Origin: Lepidodermella squamata
Lineage: Eukaryota; Animalia; Gastrotricha
Assembly: GCA_047495785.1 (NCBI GenBank)
Contig: JBLDXI010000054.1
Coordinates: 3,100,001-3,164,000, forward strand
Direction: 5' to 3'
DNA: 64,000 bases
A program made the position numbers and the translations under genes. Position 1 is the first letter of the stretch. Each line of letters begins with the position of its first letter. Below the pieces are notes generated by a model, which was given only the letters and a program-made list of their open reading frames with translations, had not been told where the DNA came from and searched no databases. Positions 10,691-22,496 of the stretch are shown in pieces.

Positions 10691-13600
10691 ATGGCTCTGG
10701 TTTGTTGCGAAAAATTGAGCTTTTATTGATGAATTTATGCCTATATTTCAGAAAAAACGGCATTCTAGTGCTATGTCCCCTGAAGGGCATATCATTGAAA
10801 TCGACGAATCGCTATATTCTCGTCAATTGTAAGTTAATTCAATCAATTTTTATAATTTTTCCTAATTTTTCTTTAATTTTAGGTACGTGCTAGGCCATGA
10901 ATTTATGCGTAGAATGGCTGTTTCAAACGTCCTAATATCAGGCCTAAATGGGCTAGGCGTTGAGGTGGCGAAAAACATCATTTTAGGCGGGGTCCGTCAC
11001 GTGACTCTACATGACACGCACCCAGCTAGCTACTCTGATTTAGCATCACAATTCTACCTATCAGAGGCTGATATTGGCAAAAATCGAGCCGAAGCTAGTC
11101 ATTCTAAATTGGCCGAGCTCAACACCTACGTCCAGGTCGAACATTCATCCGCCGCGTTAGAGCCAGATTTTTTGCAAAATTTTCAAGCCGTGGTGCTATG
11201 CGGCTATGTTGATATCGATGGAATTTTGCCGATTTCCGATTATTGCCATAAGGCCGGTATCAAGTTGATTGTCGCGTCAACTCGAGGCCTTTTCGGGCAG
11301 ATTTTCTGTGATTTCGGCGACGCTTTCGTCGTCATGGACCCGGATGGCGAGGAGCCGGTGTCGTCTGTCATCGAGTCGATAAGTTACGACGCTGAAAATG
11401 GTGTAGTCACCCTGACTGAAAATGGGTCAACCGGGTTTTCGCGCGCGGATTCGGTGATTTTCAGCGAGGTCCGCGGTGCGACTGGTCTCAATTCGAGTGG
11501 GCCTATTCAGATCAAGCAGCTGATTAGCCCGTTTGTATTTTCGATTGGGGATACGACGAAATTTGGCAAGTACGAAGGCGGTGGGGTTGCTACTCAAGCG
11601 AAAAGTCATACGACTGTGAACTTTAAACCTCTGCGAGCGGCGTTGGACGACCCGGAAATCGCACCGTCGGATTTCGCGAAAATGGATAGGCAAAATTTGC
11701 TTCATTTAGGTAAAATAAAACACATTTTCTGTCAAAAGTTGGGAATTAATTTGGGACATTTTTGAATTGTAGAAATGCCGTATGAATTAATTGAATTAAT
11801 TTTGATAACTTTGAACCAAACCATATTTTGGAGAATTTAATTCCAAATTTTTTAATTTTCTGGGTCAAAAAATGAGAAAATGATTGGTCGTTATTGGTTT
11901 ATAACGAAGTGCCTATTTCCTATTTGTATATAATTATGTGGTATATTTTAACTAGTTGTAACTCATTTGTAAAACTAAACTTTCCACGAATTTTCGGGTT
12001 TTCCTGGGTAGGGTCAGGGTTAGGGTTAGTTTTGAAAGAACTTCTGTACTAATAGGAGAAAATGACCAAATAATTATGTGCAAATAGGGGCATCCTTTTT
12101 TATATTTCTGGAATTTTCCTGATTTTCGGAATTATAAAATAATTTTGCATTTATATAGAAAATTAGCCGGTAATTTCGACCCTCATTTGCATATCAACCA
12201 GCCAGTTCTCATTGACCCTTGGGTGTAATTTTGAAATATTATGACCAGCTATATCAATCAGAAAAACAGAATTTTTTTGTTTCGCGGAGCCCACATGTAT
12301 GGTAATTAGTAATTAATTTGGATTCCTGGTGATTATTTATGAAATTTCCATAAATTTTGAAAATACGTCTTGGGGCGAATTAGTTATTCAAATTGGGTTA
12401 CACTTGAAATCTGAAAAAAGGAAAGCCTTTATTGTAACTATGCTGTTCAGAAATTCAATTGGATAAAATTAAAAATTCTCCTAAAAATTGCTTATTTATG
12501 AGGTAGATATGGAGCGGGTCAGAAATAGACATCCACATTTTTTTGTAATTTTTCAAAAATTGGTTGTTTTTCCAAACACCTCGGGCTTCGCACAAATTGA
12601 AAGTTGGAAAGATGGAAAAATTTCTGAAAAAAATCCCAAACATTTTTTATCGGTCGGCGTTGGTGAACTCCTCACGCGTGGTCCACCTTAATGTGTTTGG
12701 AAATATCCAATTTGATCAACTGTTTTATAATTTGTTTTAGCTTTCCGTTGCCTGGGGCCATTTATCAAGACTCAAAATGGCGGAAAACTGCCAGCGCCTC
12801 GCGACGCTGATCTCGCCGAGAAATTCCTCGCCTTCTGCCGCGAACGCGATTCAGGCAAAGAAATCAGCAACGAACACGCCGAAAATCTGCTGCGAGAATT
12901 CGCGAGCCAAGCAGCCGGCGACGTTTGCGCCATGAACGCCGTCATCGGTGGCATAACCGCGCAAGAACTCATCAAAGCCGTGTCGGGCAAATTCACGCCA
13001 CTCAAGCAATGGCTCTACTTCGACGCCCTCGAATGCCTACCGAGTGACAAATCATCGAAATTAACCAGCGAAACTTGCGCGCCTCAAAAATCGCGCTACG
13101 ACGCGCAAATCGCAATTTTCGGCCGCGATTTTGTCGCCGAAAAATTGGCGAAAATGCATTTATTCCTCGTCGGCTCGGGCGCTCTCGGCTGTGAATTGCT
13201 GAAAAATTTCGCAATGATGGGCGTCGGGTGTTCAAAGCAGGGCCACGTCATAGTTACAGACATGGATTTGATCGAACGGTCGAATTTGAACCGCCAATTT
13301 CTATTCCGCCGCGGCGATTTGCAACAGCCGAAATCGGAACGAGCCGCCGCGGCTTGTTTGAAAATGAACCCGGCCATGAATATAACCGCGCATCGTAACA
13401 AAGTCGGCCCTGAAACGGAAGGTGTCTACAACGATGAATTTTTCGCCCAGCTTAATGTTGTTGTCAACGCGTTGGATAACGTCGATGCTAGGCGATACGT
13501 CGATAGGCGGTGTGTCTACTACCGAAAACCGCTTCTCGAATCCGGGACTCTGGGCACAAAGGGCAATATCCAGGTGGTTTTGCCGGATTTAACCGAGTCT

Positions 13601-16016
13601 TACTCATCGTCGTCCGACCCACCGGAGAAATCGTTCCCAATGTGTACGATCAAAAATTTCCCGACGGCGATTGAACATACCTTAGCGTGGGCACGTGAGA
13701 TGTTCGACAGTAATTTCAACGCGTCGATGACTCATGTTGAGCAGTACATAAATGATGCGACTTTTATTGAGAAAACGCTGAAATCTGGCAATACGTCGCA
13801 GACGCTCGAGGTTTTGCTGGCGTTGAAGCGGCTGCTGGTCGACGATCAGCCGAAATCGTTCCAGGACTGCGTGAAATGGGCGCGTTTAACGTGGCAAGAT
13901 TTGTTCCACAACCAGGTCAAACAAATGCTGTTCAATTTCCCTGCTGATGCGGTAAATTTGAATATTCTAAAACTTCAATTGAAAATTAACTAAAATTTCA
14001 TATTTTTTCACAGAAAACTTCTGAAGGCTTGCCGTTTTGGTCTGGATCGAAAAGGTGCCCTGTGGTGCAAAATTTTGACCTTGAAAATGTGAGGGATTTT
14101 TTAATTGATTTTTAGCCGTTCTGCTATTATTTGTTTCAAAAATTTTGAAATTCAAATTTTTTCAAATTTCCGGAAAATTTAGTTCGACCGATAATGACGA
14201 AATCAGTTACCATCGGGATTTTCCGGTTTTTCATCGGTAATTTTTCAGTTAATTCGGTGAAATCGCGGGTAAAATCGATGGATGGAAGGCTAATCGTGGA
14301 TTTGATTTTAGAAAAATTGATAAATTTTTTAATTTTCTCACAAATTTCAAATTTCCTAAACCAACAATTATTGGATCGCAAATTTTCCGACTATGCCAGA
14401 TTTTCTAAACTATTTTTGGTGAATTTTTTGAAAAATTTATGTTAAAATTGTATAGCCTCTACACTTAAGTTTCATCATCGCTGCCGCTAATTTACGTGCC
14501 GAAATTTTCGGCATAGAGCAAGTTCGCGATGAAGCTGCGATTATCGACATGGTGAAACATATCGCTGTGCCGGAATTTGAGCCGAAAGAAGGCGTTAGAA
14601 TCGCCGTGACCGATCAGGAAATGGACGCTGTTCGAGCCGGCGGCGGTATCGACGATGAAGAGGATGCAGATCGGGCTATTCACCAACTGCTGGCAGCTTT
14701 GCCTAGCCGAGAATCGCTGGCTGGCCGTGGATTTTCGGCGATTGAGTTCGAAAAGGATGACGACACGAATTTTCACATGGATTTTGTTGTCGCGGCTTCG
14801 AACACTCGCGCTAAAATTTACGATATCCCTACAGCAGATCGACACAAGGTAAAAAAAAAATTCGAAGTGCACTTTCATACATATTTATGTATGACATTTT
14901 TAACTTTCATACATATTTATGTATGACAAAATTAACTTTCATACATATTTTTTTTCATAAAATCGTGTTTTTCAGCTAAACTGTGATTAGGAATTGGGGT
15001 TAGGGCTTAGGGTTAGGTGCCAGGGTTCGGGTTCGGGTTAGGGTTAGGTTTAGGGTTTGGTTGGGGTTCAGGGTTAAGGTTAGGGTTAGGAAATTTCGAG
15101 TTTCGGGTTTCTACGAAGCTCGATTTTTGGGCCCTTGCGCTTCCCCAATAACCATTTTCATGCGGAAAAAATTGACTACGCTTTCGGAACCCCGTTTTTC
15201 TCTTTCATAAACCGAAAACTAGTCATCTGGCATTTCCCTAATGTTTTCAGCTTGAATTTAATGAAAAAAAATATGTATGAAAGTTAATTTTGTCATACAT
15301 AAATATGTATGAAAGTTAAAAATTTCATACATATTTATGTATGAAAGTTGGCACCCAAAAAAATTTCAAAAAAATTTAAATTTTTTTATTAATTATTTGA
15401 AAATTAAAAATGTGTAGAATTTAATTTTTTTTAATTAATAATTAATTATTTATGATTTATTAGTTGAATTATTTTTTCGATTTTTTAGAGCAAAGGAATC
15501 GCCGGCCGAATTATTCCAGCTATTGCTACTACGACCAGCACTGTTGTCGGCCTAGTTTGCCTTGAAATGCTGAAAATTGCTCAGGGCCATAACGACCTGG
15601 CCCAATACAAGAACGGCTTCCTAAACCTAGCTTTCCCATTTTTCGCATTTTCTGAACCAATCGCGCCGAAGATGCAGTCTTACAACGGCAAAAAGTGGAG
15701 CCTTTGGGATCGCTTTGTCGTCACTGGCGAGCCAACCCTCGGCGAGGTGGTTGAGAAATTCGAAAAGGAAGAAAATTTGTTAATTACCATGATGAGCGCT
15801 GGTACAATGTTGATTTTCGCTGATTATTGGGCGCCTGATAAGGTGGCCCAGCGTAAAAAGCAGACAATCCGGGAGATTGTCGAACAAGTCGGCGGGCAAA
15901 CGCTGCCGGCGTGGCAGCAGGCGATTATTCTGGAACTGTGCGTCTACGAAATTGGCAACGAGGACGAAGATGTTGAAGTTCCATTCGTGCAATATGTACT
16001 CAATAAGCAGGCATAG
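10691..16016 (+). CDS. UBA1: Ubiquitin-activating enzyme E1, paralog 3 (spliced)
   Basis: Exons 10691-10699, 10752-10828, 10883-11709, 12741-13951, 14014-14088, 14456-14848, 15489-16016. GSGALGCE and catalytic SFPMCTIKNFP are intact. The first mini-exon is the least certain. Confidence 0.92.
11909..12095. mobile_element. Small inverted-repeat element (MITE-like) with internal TTAGGG repeats
   Basis: Imperfect arms of about 30 bp, CCTATTTGTATATAATTATGTGGT versus ACCAAATAATTATGTGCAAATAGG, around TAGGGTCAGGGTTAGGGTTAG. Intronic in UBA1 paralog 3. Confidence 0.6.
14867..15354. mobile_element. MITE/foldback element with ~90 bp inverted arms and a degenerate TTAGGG core
   Basis: 14867-14958 is the near-exact reverse complement of 15261-15354. 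Arms are built from ACTTTCATACATATTTATGTATGA units. Degenerate (TTAGGG)n at about 14996-15090. Confidence 0.82.
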
Positions 16017-16174
16017 GAAAAAGCGATGAATTCTTCACGAAAATTATTGCTATGATTTGCTGATTTAAATTTATTGAATATTTCGTTCAATTTATTCCTG
16101 GTTTTCATTTTGTTGAAAATATTATTGCGATGGGCACAAATAAAAAAAGCCGATTTTTATTGTGATTTTTCCGG

Positions 16175-16495
16175 TCATCTTTTGTTTGACAAATTATAAA
16201 TCGGTGGTATATCGTCACTTGAGGTGTCAGCAAAAGGGCAGGTGCACGGTTGACGCCGCAAGTTGAAATCGCACGTTTCGCAGTGTAATTTTATCTTTAT
16301 GCAAAGATAGCGACAGGCTATGTAGCGCTCACAGACTGGCTCGCAAAATCGGTCGAAAATTGGCAAGTGGATGACCCAGTTGTTGATTTTATTTAGGTCA
16401 GCCTCAGCGTCTAATCGTCGGCCGAAAACGCGATAAGAACTGGCCAGGTCAAACAACGCACAGCAGTGAAATAAATAAATCAAAATTTTACACAT
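16175..16495 (-). CDS. Secreted Cys-rich prepropeptide, array member 1
   Basis: Hydrophobic N-terminus, FGRR, 8-Cys domain CEPVC-x5-CRYLC..CETC-x8-CTC shared with neighbouring genes. Confidence 0.8.
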   Translation of the reverse strand: MCKILIYLFHCCALFDLASSYRVFGRRLDAEADLNKINNWVIHLPIFDRFCEPVCERYIACRYLCIKIKLHCETCDFNLRRQPCTCPFADTSSDDIPPIYNLSNKR

Positions 16496-16688
16496 TTTTG
16501 TCTAAGAAAAAAATTAAGGCGGAGTTTTTAATAAAAATTCAAAAATTAAGCACATACAATCGTCCCCACGCATCAAGATGATTCATGCGATTGCTTGGGT
16601 CATTAAAATGCGAGAGGGCCAATCATAAAAATACTGACATCATTCGTTAGAAATTTTATTTAAAAGCCATCCCCAATCACGGCCAAAA

Positions 16689-17036
16689 TCAATTGAACAG
16701 CAAAACTATGTCTTGGTCGTTGAGTGATTTATTGCTGAGTGGCTTCATAGAAAGCCTTAGAACTTTGCAGTTGCTGCAGTGGTTTTTAAGCAGGATTAAT
16801 TCGCATCGAGATGCTGCTTCGGCGTTCGGCGGTGAGTTACGCAAGGCGACTAGACGGCATTCGTGGAAAATTCGGCAGGTACTCTCCGAACAAGCGTTAA
16901 CTGGGCGTTTGATGAATGGCGAAAATACCGGCAACATATCGAATCGCCGGCCAAATCGGTTTGCCAGATGCATAGCATCGATTGCGAACAAACAATTAGC
17001 GATAAGTGAAAACAAAATTATTCGGTTCGCTTGCAT
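16689..17036 (-). CDS. Secreted Cys-rich prepropeptide, array member 2 (6-Cys variant)
   Basis: Signal peptide, FGRR, CSESTC-x5-CRLVA..ASRC-x8-CSNC. Confidence 0.75.
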   Translation of the reverse strand: MQANRIILFSLIANCLFAIDAMHLANRFGRRFDMLPVFSPFIKRPVNACSESTCRIFHECRLVALRNSPPNAEAASRCELILLKNHCSNCKVLRLSMKPLSNKSLNDQDIVLLFN

Positions 17037-17227
17037 TTTCTAAAATTTCTGAGTTTAATATAAGCGAACTTCTCCAAGGTAACCTCATTGGCGCGATAAT
17101 TAGTCATGCGTGACCTAATTTCGACCTCACACCTTCGAACAAAAGGCGAGAAATTGCAATGACAACTCGAATTTATTGATGACTATCACAACCTCAAAAT
17201 TGAAAGAGACAAAATCAAACGAAAGTT

Positions 17228-17784
17228 TTACTGCATCTCCTCCTCCATTTCGAAATATTCGCGAGCGGTGTTACCGGTTGCAGAAGGCGCGGTCTTGATA
17301 TGAATGCTAGCTCCTGAAATGGAAAAAATTGTTACAAAAACCTCAATTTTGTTATTGGAATTATTATACCTGCAGGGCGCACAGCCATGTCGATTTTACC
17401 GGATTTCGGGGTGAACGAGACCTTGAACGATTTCGAGCACTGGCACGGCATCGAAAGCAGGTGCAAATCGCACTGAGCGGCGCTGAACTGACGTGGCTGC
17501 ATCATGGCAGCGACGCGGCAGCCGTAGTAGCCGTCGCAGATGGGCTTGCAGACACCGCCGAAGATGGTCGAGAGGAAGCCGCCGAAAAAGCTGCCGACAT
17601 CAGCTTGCGGTGCGTTCGGGTCGAATTGCGGCAGTTCAACGACTTCGCCTTCATCGTCAGGTTCGCGTCGTTCCAGCATTTCCTCCATGTTCTCATCTTC
17701 CATTTTGGTGAACTCGTGGCGGTGAGGGTGCGCGAGCGAGAGCGCGACGAAACAAGCTCCAAGCAGGAAAAGCGAAAAATTCAT
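17228..17784 (-). CDS. Secreted Cys-rich prepropeptide, array member 3 (6-Cys variant)
   Basis: Exons 17784-17370 and 17313-17228. Signal peptide, acidic pro-region with ERR, helix SFFGGFLSTIFGGV, CKPIC-x5-CRVAA..AAQC-x8-CQC. Confidence 0.87.
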
Positions 17785-18941
17785 TCTTCAAAACTTCGAA
17801 TAGAATGGTAGAATAAAAAGTGACTAGAGGAAATGCGATGGACTTATACCGAATTCAGGGCGTTAAATAGGCCGGGAGTTTATTGAAATTTCGGTCTGGA
17901 ACATTGCGCAACGAGAGTGTCCAGCGCGGTGATAACCACACCCGTGCGTCTTCACACCCTTTCAAGGCGAAAAACAATAGGTGCGGTATTCCCAGCACCC
18001 AAGGCGGTCACGCTCTATTAATGCGTAATGTTCGATCAGATGTATTAAAAATCTTGGCAAGATTCGAGGTTGAAAAACCTAATGTATTCCGTTTATCTGA
18101 TTGTTGAATTTTTCTCAATCAGAGAAGTAGAGATTTTTTCAAGGGATAGGTCTAATGTTCTCTGAAATTCTGAAATAATGAAATTGGGCATAAACATCTG
18201 CACCCTACCCTAAAATTTAAGTTCCAACACTAAATTTTCGCATATTCTTGCGAGTTTGTTGCGATTTCGAATTGTTAATTTCCGAACGATAATATGAAGT
18301 CGGGATTTATTTCTATTTTACCTGCCAGGTACCAGCTAGGTAAATGAAATTTCAATGCTGACTTCCAAGACTGTTGATCCCTGAATTTTAAAATCGATTA
18401 CAGAAATCGACTTTGCAAGCTGAAGTTTAACTCGTAAACTCACTGTCATAAGTGCAAAATACGTATGATATTGAGATCTATCGGTCGAGGCATCATAACC
18501 TGGAACCTCATGGCATAGAATTCGTAGCCAAAATTACTCATATTTGAGTTAATGGGTGTATTAAAAAAATTGAAAATAACTTTATCGGCGCTCGTTCAAT
18601 AAAATGTCGGGAAATTCCAATAAAATTGAATTAATTTGCTAGTAAAATCCGCAACCAAAATGCTGCAAATAAACCTTGACGCTTGACTCCTGCTGGTGTT
18701 AGACATGATTTTCGGAAATGAATTACTCGTCCCTGTTTAACCTGTTTATTTGTTCTTGATGTTTAAAGTTTTTTTTATTCCGGCAAAATGATAAGAAAAA
18801 GATCACGATAACAAGTTTGCACCGCGTATTTTTTATTAAATCCTTTCAGCTTCCAACGTTCATTATAATGTCCGTCAAAGTCCAACAAATCATCGGAAAG
18901 TTATGAAAACGTGAAAATCGCAGTTGAATCTCGCCGCGCCA

Positions 18942-19552
18942 TCAAATCGTCCAGTAAATTCTTTTGCCAAAATGAATGGGAATCATTGCGCCTTAACAAA
19001 AAAAATGGAAAAAATTGAAATAAATACCGAATCTAATATAGAGTTACCTGCTGGCCGGTTACGGGTTTGCTTTTTACCAGTCAGCAAATCGATTTCGTAG
19101 TTGACTTTGGGACAGGAGCACGCGTATTTAAGCGGGTCGAGCTCACATGTCGCGCACTTGACGACATTTGGGCAAGTGAGATGGCAATTTTTGTACCGCT
19201 CGCACATCGGGTTGCACAACGCGCCGGTGATAAAGCCGAGGATGGAGCCGAAAAAGTCGCCCTGCAGCCGGCTCACTTCGCCGCCGCTTGCCGTCATCGC
19301 GCGAACTTGGTCAGGCGTGAAAACTTGCGCAGCATCGCCGTCGCCGATTTGAATCGATTCAAGCTGCTGTTCCGGTATGCCGTTCGAGGGGTCCAGCTCT
19401 TCGATTTCATCGCCTTCTCCTGGCTGGGCTTCGTTTAGGTCGACACTGCTTAATTCGCGACGACCCAAGCCACGACCTGTCCAATGCCGAGTTTGAGCGA
19501 GGCTCAGCAGTGCGAGCAAAATGAATAGTTTTGTTTGGAGAAGGGACTTCAT
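18942..19552 (-). CDS. Secreted Cys-rich prepropeptide, array member 4
   Basis: Exons 19552-19048 and 18991-18942. Signal peptide, GRR, acidic pro-region, FFGSILGFITGAL, 8-Cys domain, tail ..IPIHFGKRIYWTI. Confidence 0.87.
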
Positions 19553-20841
19553 TTTCGAATTATATTTTCGGTATGATTTCTGAATCGTTATTAATGCCAG
19601 GTAAAGCAGACAGTGGAAATAGGAGCGTGATTTACCTCATAATTCGTCGCGCCCTGATATAAATCAGGACAGAGCGTGGGTTCCTATTGTGACCCTCTTC
19701 CGTCATCCCGTGATGCGCCTTTATCACTAAAGGAATCGATTACCATCAATTTCGTAAGAAACGCCACTAAAAAGGATCTGCAATTTTATATCTACACGGG
19801 CCAGATAAATTCAACGTCTTGAAAATCCGTTGTAATTCAGTTCGATTTCCTAGACATCTTTGATAAAACATAAAACGTGATCGGTGTTTTATGTGTATTG
19901 AGTGCTGTTAAAGATTAGAAAAGAGAAATTTCCTTCGTTCACGCGTCACATAATTTTTGAACTATTTTCGGTCTACTGGAAATTCATGGTTGCCTGGAAA
20001 TAACTCAAAATGATTTTTAAAAATCGTGCCTTAATTGTTAATTACCCTAGAAATGGACCGAAAAATTACTTGACTATTTTGCCAACATATTCTGAATGCG
20101 GAGAACGGAAAGATTTACGCGCTAACCAAACAGAATAGGTTTTAGCGATTAAAAGCGGTTGTCAAGAGAGTTTTATCAAGGTTGCAAGCCTTATTTCCAA
20201 TATGCTATTCCATTTCAAAATAGTCTATCCAATAGTTAAATTGAAAACCCTGTGCGGCAGCAACTTGATTTAGCAACTTGGCAATTTATTAGGAACCAAA
20301 AATTGAATATTTGTTGACGAAGGTTATATTATTATTCTAAGTATATTGTCGAATTCGAAAAGAAGCGCCTCTGGAGGCTGTGTGCGCTAAAATGTGAGCT
20401 GATCGATTGATCACTTGGAAAAATTCAAATAAAATTACGCAAAAATTCTATGTACATCTTTTTTTGCATAAAGCATTTTTCTCTTCTCCGCGGCTAAGCG
20501 TCTTGCGATGAGGGTGAGGAATTTGAACTAGAATTACCGTCGCACCCACCTCCGCTGTAACCGCTTGCTCTCTAAGGTTGCTGCTTCGGCGAAGTCCTTG
20601 CTATTAATTATTGCTTCTCTAATCTCAATTCTATTTTTTACTTCCACCTTTTCGAGGTCTGCCACGCTTCCCATGTTCACATTTCGTACACCGGTTGCTC
20701 TTCGACCACTAGTAAATTAATGAATAGTTGAACTTGGGAAAGAAAAAACAACACGAAAGTTCTGTTCTCAGTTTTATTGAAATTTCTCTTGAACAATTGC
20801 CATGAAATGCAAAACTCGCGAGAAACGATCGTTCCAAGACT

Positions 20842-21392
20842 TCAACCTAGACCCGCGCCTTGAAAATGAAATTAATTTAATTGCATTAATATTTGGGAAT
20901 TGTTGGGAAAAAAATACCTTTCGGACGACCGCCGTAGGTGACCTTGCCAGTTTTCTGGTCGATATTGATGTAAGCCTGGCAACTGCAGGCCATTTTCAAC
21001 AGGTCCAAATCGCAGCTCGAGCACGACAAAATGTTAGAAAATCGCAGGCACGACAAGCGGCAGGCCTTGTAGCGACTGCAAGCCGCTGCTTCGCAAACTG
21101 CATTTTTCACCGTATCGATGATGGTGCCGAAAATGTCGCCGAAATCGTGCTGCATACGCGGGTCCTGGTACTGGCCGGTCATGACTTCGAACTCGTGCTG
21201 CGACAGCTCGTGCTCGCCGTCGGGCAATTCTTCGATATCGATGTCAACAATGCCGGAGTCGGGCGGCGAAATTGCCAGTTCGTTGCCATACGGGTCGTCG
21301 CGCCGGTTGACCATCATTCGGAGAAGGTTGTTGCACTCGGCCAATGCCAGGAGTAGGAACAAGCCGAAGGTACCTTGAAGAAGCAGCTTCAT
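20842..21392 (-). CDS. Secreted Cys-rich prepropeptide, array member 5
   Basis: Exons 21392-20918 and 20858-20842. Signal peptide, NRR, acidic pro-region, FGDIFGTIIDTVKNAV, 8-Cys domain, ends GAGLG-stop. TATAAAA lies about 75 bp upstream. Confidence 0.87.
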
Positions 21393-22496
21393 ATTTATCA
21401 CAGTTAATGCTCGCAAAAATTGTTGAAATTCAACGCTATGAGTAAAACGTTGTGGATTCACCGGTTTTATATTGCTGAAATGGCGTAATATTCTTGTTAA
21501 GATTTGCGCTTGGGGGTGAGAGAAGATATGAGCGATTTAATCGGCGAGAGGCGCTAGACGCGCCTTGGAGACGCGCTTCTATTCTTTTCAATAGATAGCA
21601 TCGCTTTTCGTAATGCGCGAGTTGCGTAAGCTGATAACCAATAAAAAGTTCTAACAAAATGAGGGCGGAAATAAACGAAAGCGTGAATAAATAAGTAACA
21701 ATGAAAACGCAATTGGATGAATTGAATGATAATTTTTTTAATAATTCGAAAAACACTAGAAAATTGCCGATATTGGTCTTCAAAGTTGTTTGTCCTCTGA
21801 TAATTATTCGGCTAGAAGTGAAAAGCTCCAATGAGTGCCAAACGTTCCGACACAAATTTGCATTTCTGTGTTAAATTTAACTTGAAAATCCCTAAAAATC
21901 CACCTTAAAAATCGAACTCCAGCGTACAAAAATGACACTGTTTCACCTTTGATTCAGCTTTCGTGCCTAGTTTAAGATTTTATTCAATTTTTTTTCTCTT
22001 TCCGAAATTGTTGCTGAAGACAACTGCGCAAAAGACATCGTAAATAATATCAATTCACTTAATAACGCCCAAAATGCATAGCACAAATTTTGCTCGCGCA
22101 GTTCTATTTTTTATTTCGGCGCATTTGACGGTTGCGCAAATGTCGTTTACCGCTGTCCAGTTGGCGCCAATGTCTAGGAACCATCTCTTTTTACCGCTAT
22201 TTTTATTTCCGGATAGGTTCCATTTAGACACCTATAGCTTTGACCCATTCATATGTTACATCACTTTCATCGATTTTTGAAAAAAACTAAATTTTTTATC
22301 CCAATTGAACATCCTTTTATTTTATTCAAATTTTCAAAGCAATCGATTTCAATCACAGGGGTGAAAGATGAGAAGGATTATCAAACAGAAAACTGTCAGA
22401 GATCATCGGTGAGGATCGGCAATTCCATAACCTAGAAAAATACGTAAGCTATTATCGCTCAAACCACCTTAAAATAATACTCACCGGTAAAAATTA

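Noticed and set aside
14871-14950. CRISPR-like repeat array
   Set aside because: Eukaryotic context, no unique spacers, and the units are sub-repeats of a terminal inverted repeat.
14996-15090. True telomere or chromosome-fusion scar
   Set aside because: Short, degenerate, single-orientation and enclosed by the arms of a MITE-like element within an intron.
485-15992. Many minus-strand and off-frame ORFs over the UBA1 genes (likewise over TRPM, lipases and peptides)
   Set aside because: They are shadows of real coding exons with no motifs or splice support.
457-16016. Paralogs 2 and 3 as UBA6, UBA7 or another UBL E1
   Set aside because: The YSSSxDPPEKSxPxCTIKNFP region and shared intron positions indicate UBA1 duplicates.
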